Assembly (NCBI GenBank): GCA_963718915.1
Contig: CAVRAI010000006.1
Coordinates: forward strand, 30,001 to 62,000
Source: an uncultured Chloroflexia bacterium
GTDB taxonomy: Bacteria > Chloroflexota > Ktedonobacteria > Ktedonobacterales > JADMIN01
DNA length: 32,000 nt
Direction of reading: 5' to 3'
Part shown: piece after piece, positions 16,058 to 24,575 of the stretch
How positions within the stretch are numbered: position 1 is the stretch's first letter
Layout: every line of letters begins with the position of its first letter
The notes under the pieces: generated by a model
Databases searched by the model: none
What the model saw: the letters and a program-made list of their open reading frames with translations, nothing else
Told to the model about the DNA's origin: nothing
Position numbers and translations under genes: made by a program

Positions 16058-18469
16058 GTGAACGCAGACCTGCAAATGCTTGCCGAGGCCGCCACTAACG
16101 CGTTTGATCAGGAACACTACGAAGAAGCGCTGAAGAAGTACCAGGAGATCACACAACTCGATCCGAAAACCGCGTGGGCCTGGGAGCGTTTAGGCGCGGT
16201 CTGCCTCGCAATGAACGACTATAAGGGTGCGCTCCGATTCTGCACTATCGCGCTGGCGCTCGATCCCAAAAGTGGCTCGGCCTGGTTCAATCGCGGTAGG
16301 GCCTGTACGGAATTGCGACAATATCATCGAGCTATTGCAGCCTATAAACAGACCTTGAAGCTGGGTTATGACAAATCGTACTCCTACAACAACACAGGCG
16401 TTGTGTATGAGCGGTTGGGACAATACGATAAGGCGTTGTCCAACCACGATCTGGCCATACAGGCGGATGGCACGAATACGCTGGCTGTGCTGAATAAAGG
16501 GTTGATCCTCGCTCATTTCCAGCGCACCCAGAAGGGCTACGAGGAGGCGCTACGCTGTTTCGACCAGGTCCTTAGTTCGGATCCCGACAACCTGAAAGCT
16601 CTTAGTAACAAGGGGGATGTGCTCTGTCATCTCAAGCAGTTCAGCCGCGCGCGCGCCGTCTATGAGCGGATATTAGGTCTCTCCCCCAAATACACGGCTC
16701 CCTGGAATGATCCAGGTGTTCCCCTCACCGACAATCGCCTGAAAGAGCTTGAGAAAGAGGACTCGAAACGAAGTGATCAGGCGCAGATTAAGCAATTTCG
16801 TGCGGCAGGCTGGCGCTACGGCGGGGTCATCGGCGGCATCTTGCTCTTGCTCCTGGTCATCAGCACCTTCCATGAAGGTGTCGATGTCACCCAGGTGTTT
16901 CCAGCGCTCGCGGGCGATCTCACATTCGCAGCGCTCTTGGTTGTTTGCACGCTCATTTTCGGCCTCTATGGCGCATACGTCGGCAGACGGTTCGCGGCGT
17001 CCCTTGAAGCGCGATTCGGCTTCTTGAGCAAGACAACCTGGACTATTCTGGCGACGCTCGGTAGCGGGGTCATCGGGTTCGTCTGGAGCGCAATCGCCGT
17101 CCTGCTGCTCAATCGACCTGCCATCGATTGGTGGCAGTACTGGAACTTCCTCGTTGCCGCCATCATCACGGCGATTGCGATCATCGTCGGCGCTGTGCTG
17201 GGAATCGGCCTGGTGATCTGGGCGATTAACAAGGTGTACCAGAAGGCTGAGGCGGTCAAGGAAGCTATCGAGCAGTATCAGGATGCTTTCAATGCGGAGA
17301 TCTTTGGCGAGGCCATTGGCATTCAAATCATGAGTCCCCTTCAGAGCTGGGTACTCATGACCGAGATTGAAGATTGGCTCACACGTATTGACCGCGAGGA
17401 TTTGAAAGCGCTGGTCAACAAGATCGTCACGAATGACTTCGGCGAAGAGAAGCGTAAGGCCATCCTGATCTCAGGCGCGGTTGGCGCGGGAATAGGTCTT
17501 TTCCTGGGCATAATTCTCAGCCTGCTGCTCTTGCTGTCCGCTGCGCTGGTCATCCCTTATCAGGAAGTTATCCTGGGGATTGCGGTCTTCTCGGCGGTCA
17601 TTGGCCTGGTGTTGGGCCTCGCCTTCGAGAAGCGCCTGCGCCCCCGTGACGAGGTTGCGGCGGCATTCAATCGCATTCCCAGCGGAACAAGTCTGGCTGT
17701 TGCGGGCAGCGTGCTTGGCATCATGGGCAGCGTCGTCATTCTGGCCGCAACCCACCTGTCACTGCCCACGCTCGAAGCAGTCTATTCGCAGAGCTACGGT
17801 GGCCTGATTGGTGGGGCTATTCCGGGGATTATTCTTGGCGCCATGGTCGGACACCTTATCGGCTTCTTCAGCCCGAAGCAGGCTGATATTAACCGGAGCG
17901 CTGTAGCGGTTGGCGCTGGTAAGGTGTTTTCAGGCGTTTCGGCTGTCGGTAAAGTCGCGCTGGGTGGCGCCGTGGCGGTGGCGGTCATCCTGTTTTGTGG
18001 CTTCCCGCTCTTTGGCGCAATCCTTTACCACCCTGCTTCAGCCGCCGCCGATCAAACGGTCACAGTTGACGCGGGCAAGGGCTGGCAGGATACTGGATTT
18101 GTCGTTCAACCGGGAGATGAGCTCACGATCACCTATGTGTCCGGGCAATGGTCTGTTACAGGGAGCAACTCGCCACTCTCTGACGCCAACGGCAAACCAG
18201 CGAATCCGCCTGCCGATCTCTATTGCCATTGCGGTGAGCCGCTCCCAGGCGTATCGACTCAGGCGCTCATCGGCAAGGTAGGCAATGGCGGCAAAGCGTT
18301 CCTGGTTGGCGATAGTTATACCTTCACCGCTGCCACCAGTGGCGATATATTCTTGCGCATAAATGACCGTGATAGTCATCTCGGCGATAATACCGGTGCG
18401 CTACAGATAGTGATGTCGCTGGTGACGCCAACGCCAACACCGGCGTTAACACCAACAACCACGCCATAG
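16058..18469 (+). CDS. TPR-repeat / polytopic membrane / PA-IL (LecA)-like lectin domain protein
   Basis: 803 aa, with RBS GGAGAG 6 nt before the GTG start.
- aa 1-~215: ~6 TPRs (e.g. AWFNRGRACTELRQYHRAIAAYKQTLKL).
- aa ~255-650: about 9 hydrophobic helices by eye, with a ~75-aa soluble loop.
- C-terminus: aligns block by block with P. aeruginosa LecA (VQPGDELTITYVSGQWS / ANGKPANPPADLYCH / ALIGKVGNGGKAFLVG / GDIFLRINDRDSHLGDNTGALQIVM).
- Tail: TPTPTPALTPTTTP. Confidence 0.8.
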   Translation: MNADLQMLAEAATNAFDQEHYEEALKKYQEITQLDPKTAWAWERLGAVCLAMNDYKGALRFCTIALALDPKSGSAWFNRGRACTELRQYHRAIAAYKQTLKLGYDKSYSYNNTGVVYERLGQYDKALSNHDLAIQADGTNTLAVLNKGLILAHFQRTQKGYEEALRCFDQVLSSDPDNLKALSNKGDVLCHLKQFSRARAVYERILGLSPKYTAPWNDPGVPLTDNRLKELEKEDSKRSDQAQIKQFRAAGWRYGGVIGGILLLLLVISTFHEGVDVTQVFPALAGDLTFAALLVVCTLIFGLYGAYVGRRFAASLEARFGFLSKTTWTILATLGSGVIGFVWSAIAVLLLNRPAIDWWQYWNFLVAAIITAIAIIVGAVLGIGLVIWAINKVYQKAEAVKEAIEQYQDAFNAEIFGEAIGIQIMSPLQSWVLMTEIEDWLTRIDREDLKALVNKIVTNDFGEEKRKAILISGAVGAGIGLFLGIILSLLLLLSAALVIPYQEVILGIAVFSAVIGLVLGLAFEKRLRPRDEVAAAFNRIPSGTSLAVAGSVLGIMGSVVILAATHLSLPTLEAVYSQSYGGLIGGAIPGIILGAMVGHLIGFFSPKQADINRSAVAVGAGKVFSGVSAVGKVALGGAVAVAVILFCGFPLFGAILYHPASAAADQTVTVDAGKGWQDTGFVVQPGDELTITYVSGQWSVTGSNSPLSDANGKPANPPADLYCHCGEPLPGVSTQALIGKVGNGGKAFLVGDSYTFTAATSGDIFLRINDRDSHLGDNTGALQIVMSLVTPTPTPALTPTTTP

Positions 18470-18513
18470 GTCGGAGAGGCCAGTAGCTCACCCAGTCGCC
18501 AGGAGCGCCACTC

Positions 18514-20661
18514 ATGAGCAGTACCAGGATATTCGTGAGCCATAGCCATGTTGATAATGACTTCTGCCTGAAGTTGGTCGAGGGGCTGACCACGGCAGGC
18601 GCGGATGTCTGGTATGACGAACACGATCTTGGCGCCGTCGAATTGACGCGAACTATCATGGCGGAACTGCGCCAACGCCCGATTTTCCTGCTGGTGCTTT
18701 CCCCAGAGGCGCTGCTCTCACAGTGGGTGGAAAATGAGAGCCTATGGGCATTCACCCTGTATCAGCGTGACCGAGAGCGTTCACGAGTCATCCTGCCAAT
18801 TCTGGCGCGGGATGTTCGCCCAGAAGAAATATGGCTATTTCTCTCAGAATTCAAGCGCATCGAGGGGGGAAACTGTCGCGCGTTGCCGACGCAAGAGGCC
18901 GTTGCCAGGGCGCTGGCGATGCTCTCGCTGACCACACCTGGTGGCTCTGCGCATGAGCTGTCGGCTGGATCGTTTACCATCGACTATCTCTTTGAGCAGG
19001 GGACAGCGTTGTTGGCGCAGAAACGGTTTGCCGAGGCGCTCGCTATCTTCGACACCGCTATTGTGGTCGAGCCAGCTAATTCGACGGCGTGGAGCTATAA
19101 GGCACGTACGCTCTCGAATATGCCAGGGCGCACCGCCGATGCGTTCGCCGCCGCCGAAGAGGCGATTCGGCTGAATCCTCGGAATGTGATTGCCTGGAAC
19201 TGCAAAGGCAATGCCCTGCGTGATCTCAAACGCTTTGAAGAAGCCATTACCTGCTATGATGAGGCGCTCCACCTCGACCCGAAATATACGACGGTCTGGA
19301 GCAACAAAGCGCTGACTCTCCTCAACCTGGAACGCTATGAGGAAGCTATTGCATGTAGCGAGAAAGCCATCGAACTCGATCCCGATGGCTATTCGATTTG
19401 GCCATCGAACGGATACGGCTGGACTGTCAAAGGCATTACGTTGCGTATCATGAAGCGGTACGATGAGGCGCTTGACTGTTTCGACAAAGCGATTGAAATT
19501 GATGCTCAGGATGATTATGCCTGGCAAAGCAAAGGGCTGACGCTGAATAGCATGCGGCGCTATGACGAGGCTATCGTTTGCTACGACCGGGCTTTTGCGG
19601 CCAACCCCCAAAATACCTTCGCCCTGACGAGCAAAGGGCTGACGCTGAGCAGCCTTCAGAAAAGCTACGACGAAGTGATGGCCTGCTTCAAACAGGCGAT
19701 TGCTATTGCCTCAGAGACTGCCGATAGTTGGAGAGCGCAGACCGCCTACCTGCTCGATCTGCGTCATTTCGACGAGGCGCTCCCCTCGGCGACGAAAACG
19801 GTTGAACTCGATCCAACAGATGGGCCGTCCTGGCTGATGAAAGCGGAGGCGCTCAGAGAGTTGAAGCGCTATGATGAGGCTCTTCCTTGCTATGACAAGA
19901 CGGTTGAGTTGGATCCAACAGAGGTAATGGGCTGGTCCGACAGAGGGGTGACCTTGATGATGTTGAAGCGCTATGAGCAGGCGATTGAGTCTTTGAATCA
20001 GGCGCTGCAACTCGATGGACAGAATCTTCCAACGCTGAAGAATAAAGGCTACGCGCTCGAACAACTCGAACGTTTCGAGGAGGCGCTCCGCTGCTACGAG
20101 CAGATGCTGGCGATTGATCCCCGGAATTACAGCGGCTGGACTTCAAAAGGAAATGCGCTCTGGCGGTTAGAGCGCAATGATGAGGCGCTTGCCAGCTTTG
20201 AGCAAGCCACAGCCATCGAACCACAAAACGGATTTGGCTGGCGCTGCAAGGGTATCGTGCTAGAGCAATTCAAACGCTATGATGACTCGCTCGCCTGCTA
20301 CAATCGGGCGCTGGCTCTTGACCCGCAGGATGCGATGACGATGCGGCTAAAAGGGTGGCTCTATTTCACGAATCTGCATAACAACGCCGAGGCGCTGGTC
20401 TGGTTCGATAAGTCGCTCCAGGCCAATCCGCAGGACGCTACCAATTGGCTCAACAAAGCCCGCGTGTTGAGCGCGCTGCGACGCCATGACGAGGCGATAA
20501 CCTGCTGCGATAAAGCGATTGCGCTTGACCCACAGAGTGGTCAAGCATGGCATGTCAAAGGCGAGATGCTGATGGCGTCAGGCGGATTCTTGACCAAGCC
20601 ACGTCGCATGGAGGCTGAGGCTGCCCTGGAGCGTGCGCGTGAACTCGGCTATGGCCGATGA
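18514..20661 (+). CDS. TIR domain - TPR repeat protein
   Basis: - N-terminal ~130 aa is TIR_2-like: RIFVSHSHVDNDFCLKLVEGLTTAGADVWYDEHDL...PIFLLVLSPEALLSQWVENESLWA, with the S-x-W-x3-E motif that carries the catalytic Glu in NADase TIRs.
- About 16 consecutive 34-aa TPRs follow (AWxxKGxxLxxLxRYDEAIxCYDKAIELDP).
- No NTPase domain lies between them.
Starts 44 nt after the preceding gene. Confidence 0.85.
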   Translation: MSSTRIFVSHSHVDNDFCLKLVEGLTTAGADVWYDEHDLGAVELTRTIMAELRQRPIFLLVLSPEALLSQWVENESLWAFTLYQRDRERSRVILPILARDVRPEEIWLFLSEFKRIEGGNCRALPTQEAVARALAMLSLTTPGGSAHELSAGSFTIDYLFEQGTALLAQKRFAEALAIFDTAIVVEPANSTAWSYKARTLSNMPGRTADAFAAAEEAIRLNPRNVIAWNCKGNALRDLKRFEEAITCYDEALHLDPKYTTVWSNKALTLLNLERYEEAIACSEKAIELDPDGYSIWPSNGYGWTVKGITLRIMKRYDEALDCFDKAIEIDAQDDYAWQSKGLTLNSMRRYDEAIVCYDRAFAANPQNTFALTSKGLTLSSLQKSYDEVMACFKQAIAIASETADSWRAQTAYLLDLRHFDEALPSATKTVELDPTDGPSWLMKAEALRELKRYDEALPCYDKTVELDPTEVMGWSDRGVTLMMLKRYEQAIESLNQALQLDGQNLPTLKNKGYALEQLERFEEALRCYEQMLAIDPRNYSGWTSKGNALWRLERNDEALASFEQATAIEPQNGFGWRCKGIVLEQFKRYDDSLACYNRALALDPQDAMTMRLKGWLYFTNLHNNAEALVWFDKSLQANPQDATNWLNKARVLSALRRHDEAITCCDKAIALDPQSGQAWHVKGEMLMASGGFLTKPRRMEAEAALERARELGYGR

Positions 20662-20671
20662 AGCTCACTGG

Positions 20672-20737
20672 CCGTAGCGTTCACGCTACGGCGAATTTCC
20701 CTACCCATTCGCCGGGGCCTTTGGGCTTCCGGCACGC
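20672..20737. repeat. family-A repeat copy, near-perfect inverted copy of 13121-13186; its hairpin may double as a bidirectional terminator
   Basis: 20672-20737 equals the reverse complement of 13121-13186 except for the 2 loop positions of the GCCGTAGCG/CGCTACGGC hairpin (64 of 66). It starts 11 nt after the TIR-TPR stop, between convergent genes. Confidence 0.8.
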
Positions 20738-20811
20738 TCCCCACATACAACGACCCAGCCAGACTTGGTATAATCTACTGGTATCTGGATCCAGGCGAAG
20801 ATACTACGACA

Positions 20812-22614
20812 TCAATACGGTCTGCTCGTCCGTGCGGCCTCTATTTCTGCCGCTTTTCTTCCCAAAAACGCTATGACGATAACTATCAGATAGAAGAATT
20901 GGCCCCCACCCAGCAGCACGAGAGACTCTTCTACGACACTACGGATGGTGGAAAGTGCAATTTGGTGATTGGTAAACAGGTTGAATGGCGCCTGTACATT
21001 GGCAAGATTCAGCGTTGCCCCTGGTAACGCTGTGTTTAACAGAATGTCCGCGCCTACCAGACTTCCTGTCAGAAGTAGCACGAGCAACAGTACTGCTCTC
21101 GAAGTGTCATTGTCCCGGTCTACAGAAATGGCAAGCATCCCAGTGAAAGCGGCAATGCCGGCAAAGACAAGTCCGATCAGGTTGCCATTCAAGGCGGAGA
21201 AGATATCTGGATTTATGGCAATCCAGTGGTAGCAGACTCCCAACAGCAGGAAGAATATGCCCCCCTGAAATTGGAGCATCTCGTACTCTTTCTGGATCCC
21301 CGCAAGCTCTGGCGGTTGTTGCGGCAGCAATGAACCTTGTATTTTTTCGCCACCCTGGTTGGCTTGTCCTGTTTGTTGAGACGATTTTAGGCTATTTGAA
21401 CCGTCTGGCAATGCAAGAATAGCCTGGGGCGCCGCGAGTATGCCCGCGGATCGGCGTTGATGGTTCGCGACCTGGTCCGCTCGAAACGACTCTCGCGCGA
21501 GTTGAGTCAGCGGGAAGAACAGGAGGAAAATTGAGGCTGCTACACCACCTTCAAGCCAAATCGCATAATTCAGCCCGCTATTGTGTGTTATACCCACAAA
21601 TGCCCCACTTGCCGCAATCAGAGTAACTGCTAGAGCGAGCAATGGAAGGAATGTCATGCGTTTGAATTTTTGGCCATAGGCGATTACAAAGACGGCATCA
21701 AACTGAATGAGCAGATAGAACACGGCGGCAATATTCAATACGACAGGGTCAACAACATGCCACGTTGACTCGGAGATAACCCCCAGGAGCCAAAATACGA
21801 GATTGAGGACCGTTGAGACAAGCAGATAGCGAACCAGGAGACTCACTGACTGTTCTTTGGATGCGGAAGGCTTTGAGAAGGCTGGCCCAAAGAAGAAGGA
21901 GAGAACGAAGGCAGTCACAATAGCAGCGAGAAGATACCATTGCACGATCAAAGAATCGTGCCAAAATAACGTCAGGGCGATAGCAAGAGTGTTCACAAGG
22001 ATGTAGGTTGCGAGCACTCGCTGTGCGCCTGGGGCTTCCTTGGCGGCTTGTGAACCCCAAATTAAAACCCCAAAATATTGGGCAGCAAGTGGCGCCACGG
22101 CGAGGATTTCAGCAACAATCAGGAATGTGAGCGGCCAGTGTTGCAGCTCCCATCCTATTACCAGGCCCACGAGCGTGATGAGCAGAAAGAAGGTATCTAT
22201 TCGACTGCCGTTAGGTGTGTTGAACTGCGCTAACCAGCCTACTGTCAATACCAGGCCACACACGGACAAAAGACCGTGAAGAATCACGGCAATCACCGTA
22301 TATGTTGGCAGCGCGGGAATGAATAACCATGAGGTATTCGGAATGGGCGGTGGGAACGGGAGCCGCGTCGGGGGAGTAGCGAACGCCAACCAAACGGCAT
22401 AAAGCGGTAACAATTCGTAGACCAGGAGCCACTTCAGTTCAAGTTTCAGCACAAATCCAAATTGACGCGATCTGAGCTCGAAAGCAAAATTCACGATACC
22501 AAGTATAAGTGAAAGCACAATGCCAGCGAGAAAGAAAGGGTATAGCGCTGGGTTCTGCCCTTTCTCGGCAACGAATATTCCATGATTCCATATGGTGTCG
22601 AGCAAATTCTGCAT
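20812..22614 (-). CDS. large polytopic integral membrane protein, no recognisable family
   Basis: 600 aa from the ATG at 22614 (RBS GGTGGGGGGA 5 nt upstream; the ORF extends to 22674). More than 14 hydrophobic segments, with a central Q/G/S-rich hydrophilic loop (...SSQQTGQANQGGEKIQGSLLPQQPPE...). It has the lowest GC in the window. Confidence 0.7.
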   Translation of the reverse strand: MQNLLDTIWNHGIFVAEKGQNPALYPFFLAGIVLSLILGIVNFAFELRSRQFGFVLKLELKWLLVYELLPLYAVWLAFATPPTRLPFPPPIPNTSWLFIPALPTYTVIAVILHGLLSVCGLVLTVGWLAQFNTPNGSRIDTFFLLITLVGLVIGWELQHWPLTFLIVAEILAVAPLAAQYFGVLIWGSQAAKEAPGAQRVLATYILVNTLAIALTLFWHDSLIVQWYLLAAIVTAFVLSFFFGPAFSKPSASKEQSVSLLVRYLLVSTVLNLVFWLLGVISESTWHVVDPVVLNIAAVFYLLIQFDAVFVIAYGQKFKRMTFLPLLALAVTLIAASGAFVGITHNSGLNYAIWLEGGVAASIFLLFFPLTQLARESFRADQVANHQRRSAGILAAPQAILALPDGSNSLKSSQQTGQANQGGEKIQGSLLPQQPPELAGIQKEYEMLQFQGGIFFLLLGVCYHWIAINPDIFSALNGNLIGLVFAGIAAFTGMLAISVDRDNDTSRAVLLLVLLLTGSLVGADILLNTALPGATLNLANVQAPFNLFTNHQIALSTIRSVVEESLVLLGGGQFFYLIVIVIAFLGRKAAEIEAARTSRPY

Positions 22615-22822
22615 CACTGTCCCCCCACCCATCAAAGTAGTGTTAGTTGACGCCGAACAACCCAAAACTTGCACGTATAATGAACCATATAAGCGACAAT
22701 GTCAACAGAACTGGTGTTCAAGTGTCACTAGCAGTTCTTAGCGAGCGGTTTTTGGTTGCTGAAATGCTACATTGATGGAATCGTGTCGGCAAAGTTACTA
22801 ACACAGAAAATTGAGAAGAGAT

Positions 22823-24073
22823 CTAAATCGCAGAGATTGCCATCAGCGCCGTGATGAGTCGGGCTACGTCGCCTGGCGTGTTATACGCCTGAATCGAGAT
22901 GCGCACGAAGCGTTGATCCTGCCAGTCAACCACGGGTATCTCGATCTGGTATTCGTCCCAGAGCCGCCGCTGAAGCTCCTCTCTGGATACATCGGTGCGC
23001 GGAATGGGGATCGCGCGCATCTGACTGTACCACTCTGTCGTCTCCGGGCTGATGGGTGGCAGGCCGGTGAGCGCGCCGATACGCTGGCTGGCGGATGCGA
23101 CGAGCTCGTGGCATGCTGCGCGGACGGCGGGCCAGTCGTGTTGCTGCTGGAAGTCGAGGGCGGTGGGTACGCTCAGGTAGGCGGCGGGATCGCTGGTGCC
23201 GGTCCAACCGAAGTAGTCCTGAAAGGGTGACGGGCCGGGCGCGATGGCGCGCCAACCCCAGCTCACCACCAGCGGCTGGAGCATCGGCTGGCGGTCGGGG
23301 CGTGCGTAGAGAAACGCCGACCCCTTGGGCGCGCAGAGCCATTTATGCAGATTACCGGTATAGAAATCAGCGCCGATCTCGTCCAGGCAGAGGGGAATCT
23401 GGCCGGGGGCGTGCGCGCCGTCGATGATTGTGACGATGCCCTCCGCCGCTGCCCGTCGACATATCTCGGCCACCGGGAAGATCAGCGCTGTCGGCGAGGT
23501 GATATGGCTGATGACCAGCGCGCGCGTTCGTGGGGTGACGCCCTGCCAGAGTTGCTCGATGACATCCTCGGCGCTGGTGACGGGTAGCGCAATCGGCTGG
23601 CTGTGATACCGCGCGCCCTTTGCCTCGCAGACAAACGTCCACGTGCGCTCGACCGCGCCATACTCATGCGTGTTGCCCAGCACCTCGTCGCCCGGCTCCA
23701 GCGGGAATGAGTGCGCGACGACGTTGATGCCGTAGGTGGTGTTGGGCACGAAGACCAGGTTATCGGGCGATGTGCCAAGAAACGCGCCCAGCGGCGCGCG
23801 CGCCTCCGCCAGCAGGCCGTCCAGCCGCCGACCCAGGAACTCGACCGGTTGCTCCTCCAGCGTCCGCTGCCAGCGCTGATACGCCTCGAAGACGGGACGG
23901 GGAGACGCGCCAAAGCTGCCATGATTGAGAAAGGTCATCCCTGGGCGCAGCAGAAACTCCGCGCCAGCGCTCGCCACGGGCGTATCGGCGCGCTCATACT
24001 CTGTCAGGTCGGCCACAAGCTCACTCACTTTCACATCGCTCATATCGCTCAATTGATCATATCGCTGGCGCAT
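22823..24073 (-). CDS. aminotransferase class V-fold PLP-dependent enzyme (isopenicillin-N-epimerase / cysteine-desulfurase-like)
   Basis: LNHGSFGASPRPV...NTTYGINVV...ALVISHITSPTALIFPV...IIDGAHAPGQIPL...DFYTGNLHKWLCAPKGSAFLY contains the PLP lysine in the HKW motif. The start may instead be the ATG at 24043 (MSDVKV), which removes the overlap with the GNAT gene. Confidence 0.8.
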   Translation of the reverse strand: MRQRYDQLSDMSDVKVSELVADLTEYERADTPVASAGAEFLLRPGMTFLNHGSFGASPRPVFEAYQRWQRTLEEQPVEFLGRRLDGLLAEARAPLGAFLGTSPDNLVFVPNTTYGINVVAHSFPLEPGDEVLGNTHEYGAVERTWTFVCEAKGARYHSQPIALPVTSAEDVIEQLWQGVTPRTRALVISHITSPTALIFPVAEICRRAAAEGIVTIIDGAHAPGQIPLCLDEIGADFYTGNLHKWLCAPKGSAFLYARPDRQPMLQPLVVSWGWRAIAPGPSPFQDYFGWTGTSDPAAYLSVPTALDFQQQHDWPAVRAACHELVASASQRIGALTGLPPISPETTEWYSQMRAIPIPRTDVSREELQRRLWDEYQIEIPVVDWQDQRFVRISIQAYNTPGDVARLITALMAISAI

Positions 24074-24551
24074 CGGCCTCCAACGTCAGCATGTACTCTT
24101 CGGTCTCCTGGCCGCGCGCGTTGGCGAAGCCGCTCCCCTCGCCCGTGATGACAAACCCGCACTTTTGCAGCACCCGTAGCGAGGCGGCATTGTCTTTGGC
24201 GACATGGGCATAGATGGGGCGCGTGATCTGATAATTGAGAAACGCCGCCAACGCCTGTGTGGCGACGCCTCTTCCCCAGAACTCCCGGCCCAACCAGTAG
24301 GTAACCTCCAGCTGGCCGAAATCCTCGAAGCTCGCCACGCTGCCCGCTACCTGCCCATCGCAGAGGATGGTCTGGTTGGTGACGGTCGCGTCGCCGCGAA
24401 TCCTGGCCCAGTGGTCATCGAAGGCATCTCTATCGGTCGGATCCTTCGATGTGAAGGCGGCCATGTGGTTGGCCTCCGGGTCAAGTTGCTGCTCGAAGAA
24501 GATCGGTAGGTCGTCGTCATGTATGTCACGCAACACGATGTCGTTAGCCAT
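24057..24551 (-). CDS. GNAT family N-acetyltransferase (RimJ/RimL-like)
   Basis: MANDIVLRDIHDDDLPIFF...VTYWLGREFWGRGVATQALAAFLNY...HVAKDNAASLRVLQKCGFV contains the acetyl-CoA motif W.G.G.at.A. RBS GGGGGAG 6 nt before the ATG at 24551. Confidence 0.8.
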   Translation of the reverse strand: MANDIVLRDIHDDDLPIFFEQQLDPEANHMAAFTSKDPTDRDAFDDHWARIRGDATVTNQTILCDGQVAGSVASFEDFGQLEVTYWLGREFWGRGVATQALAAFLNYQITRPIYAHVAKDNAASLRVLQKCGFVITGEGSGFANARGQETEEYMLTLEADAPAI

Positions 24552-24575
24552 AGCAACTCCCCCATACAAACACAC

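Noticed and set aside
19000-20600. ~102-nt periodicity suggestive of a non-coding tandem repeat
   Set aside because: The periodicity is the 34-aa TPR unit within one intact 715-aa ORF. The copies are diverged at DNA level.
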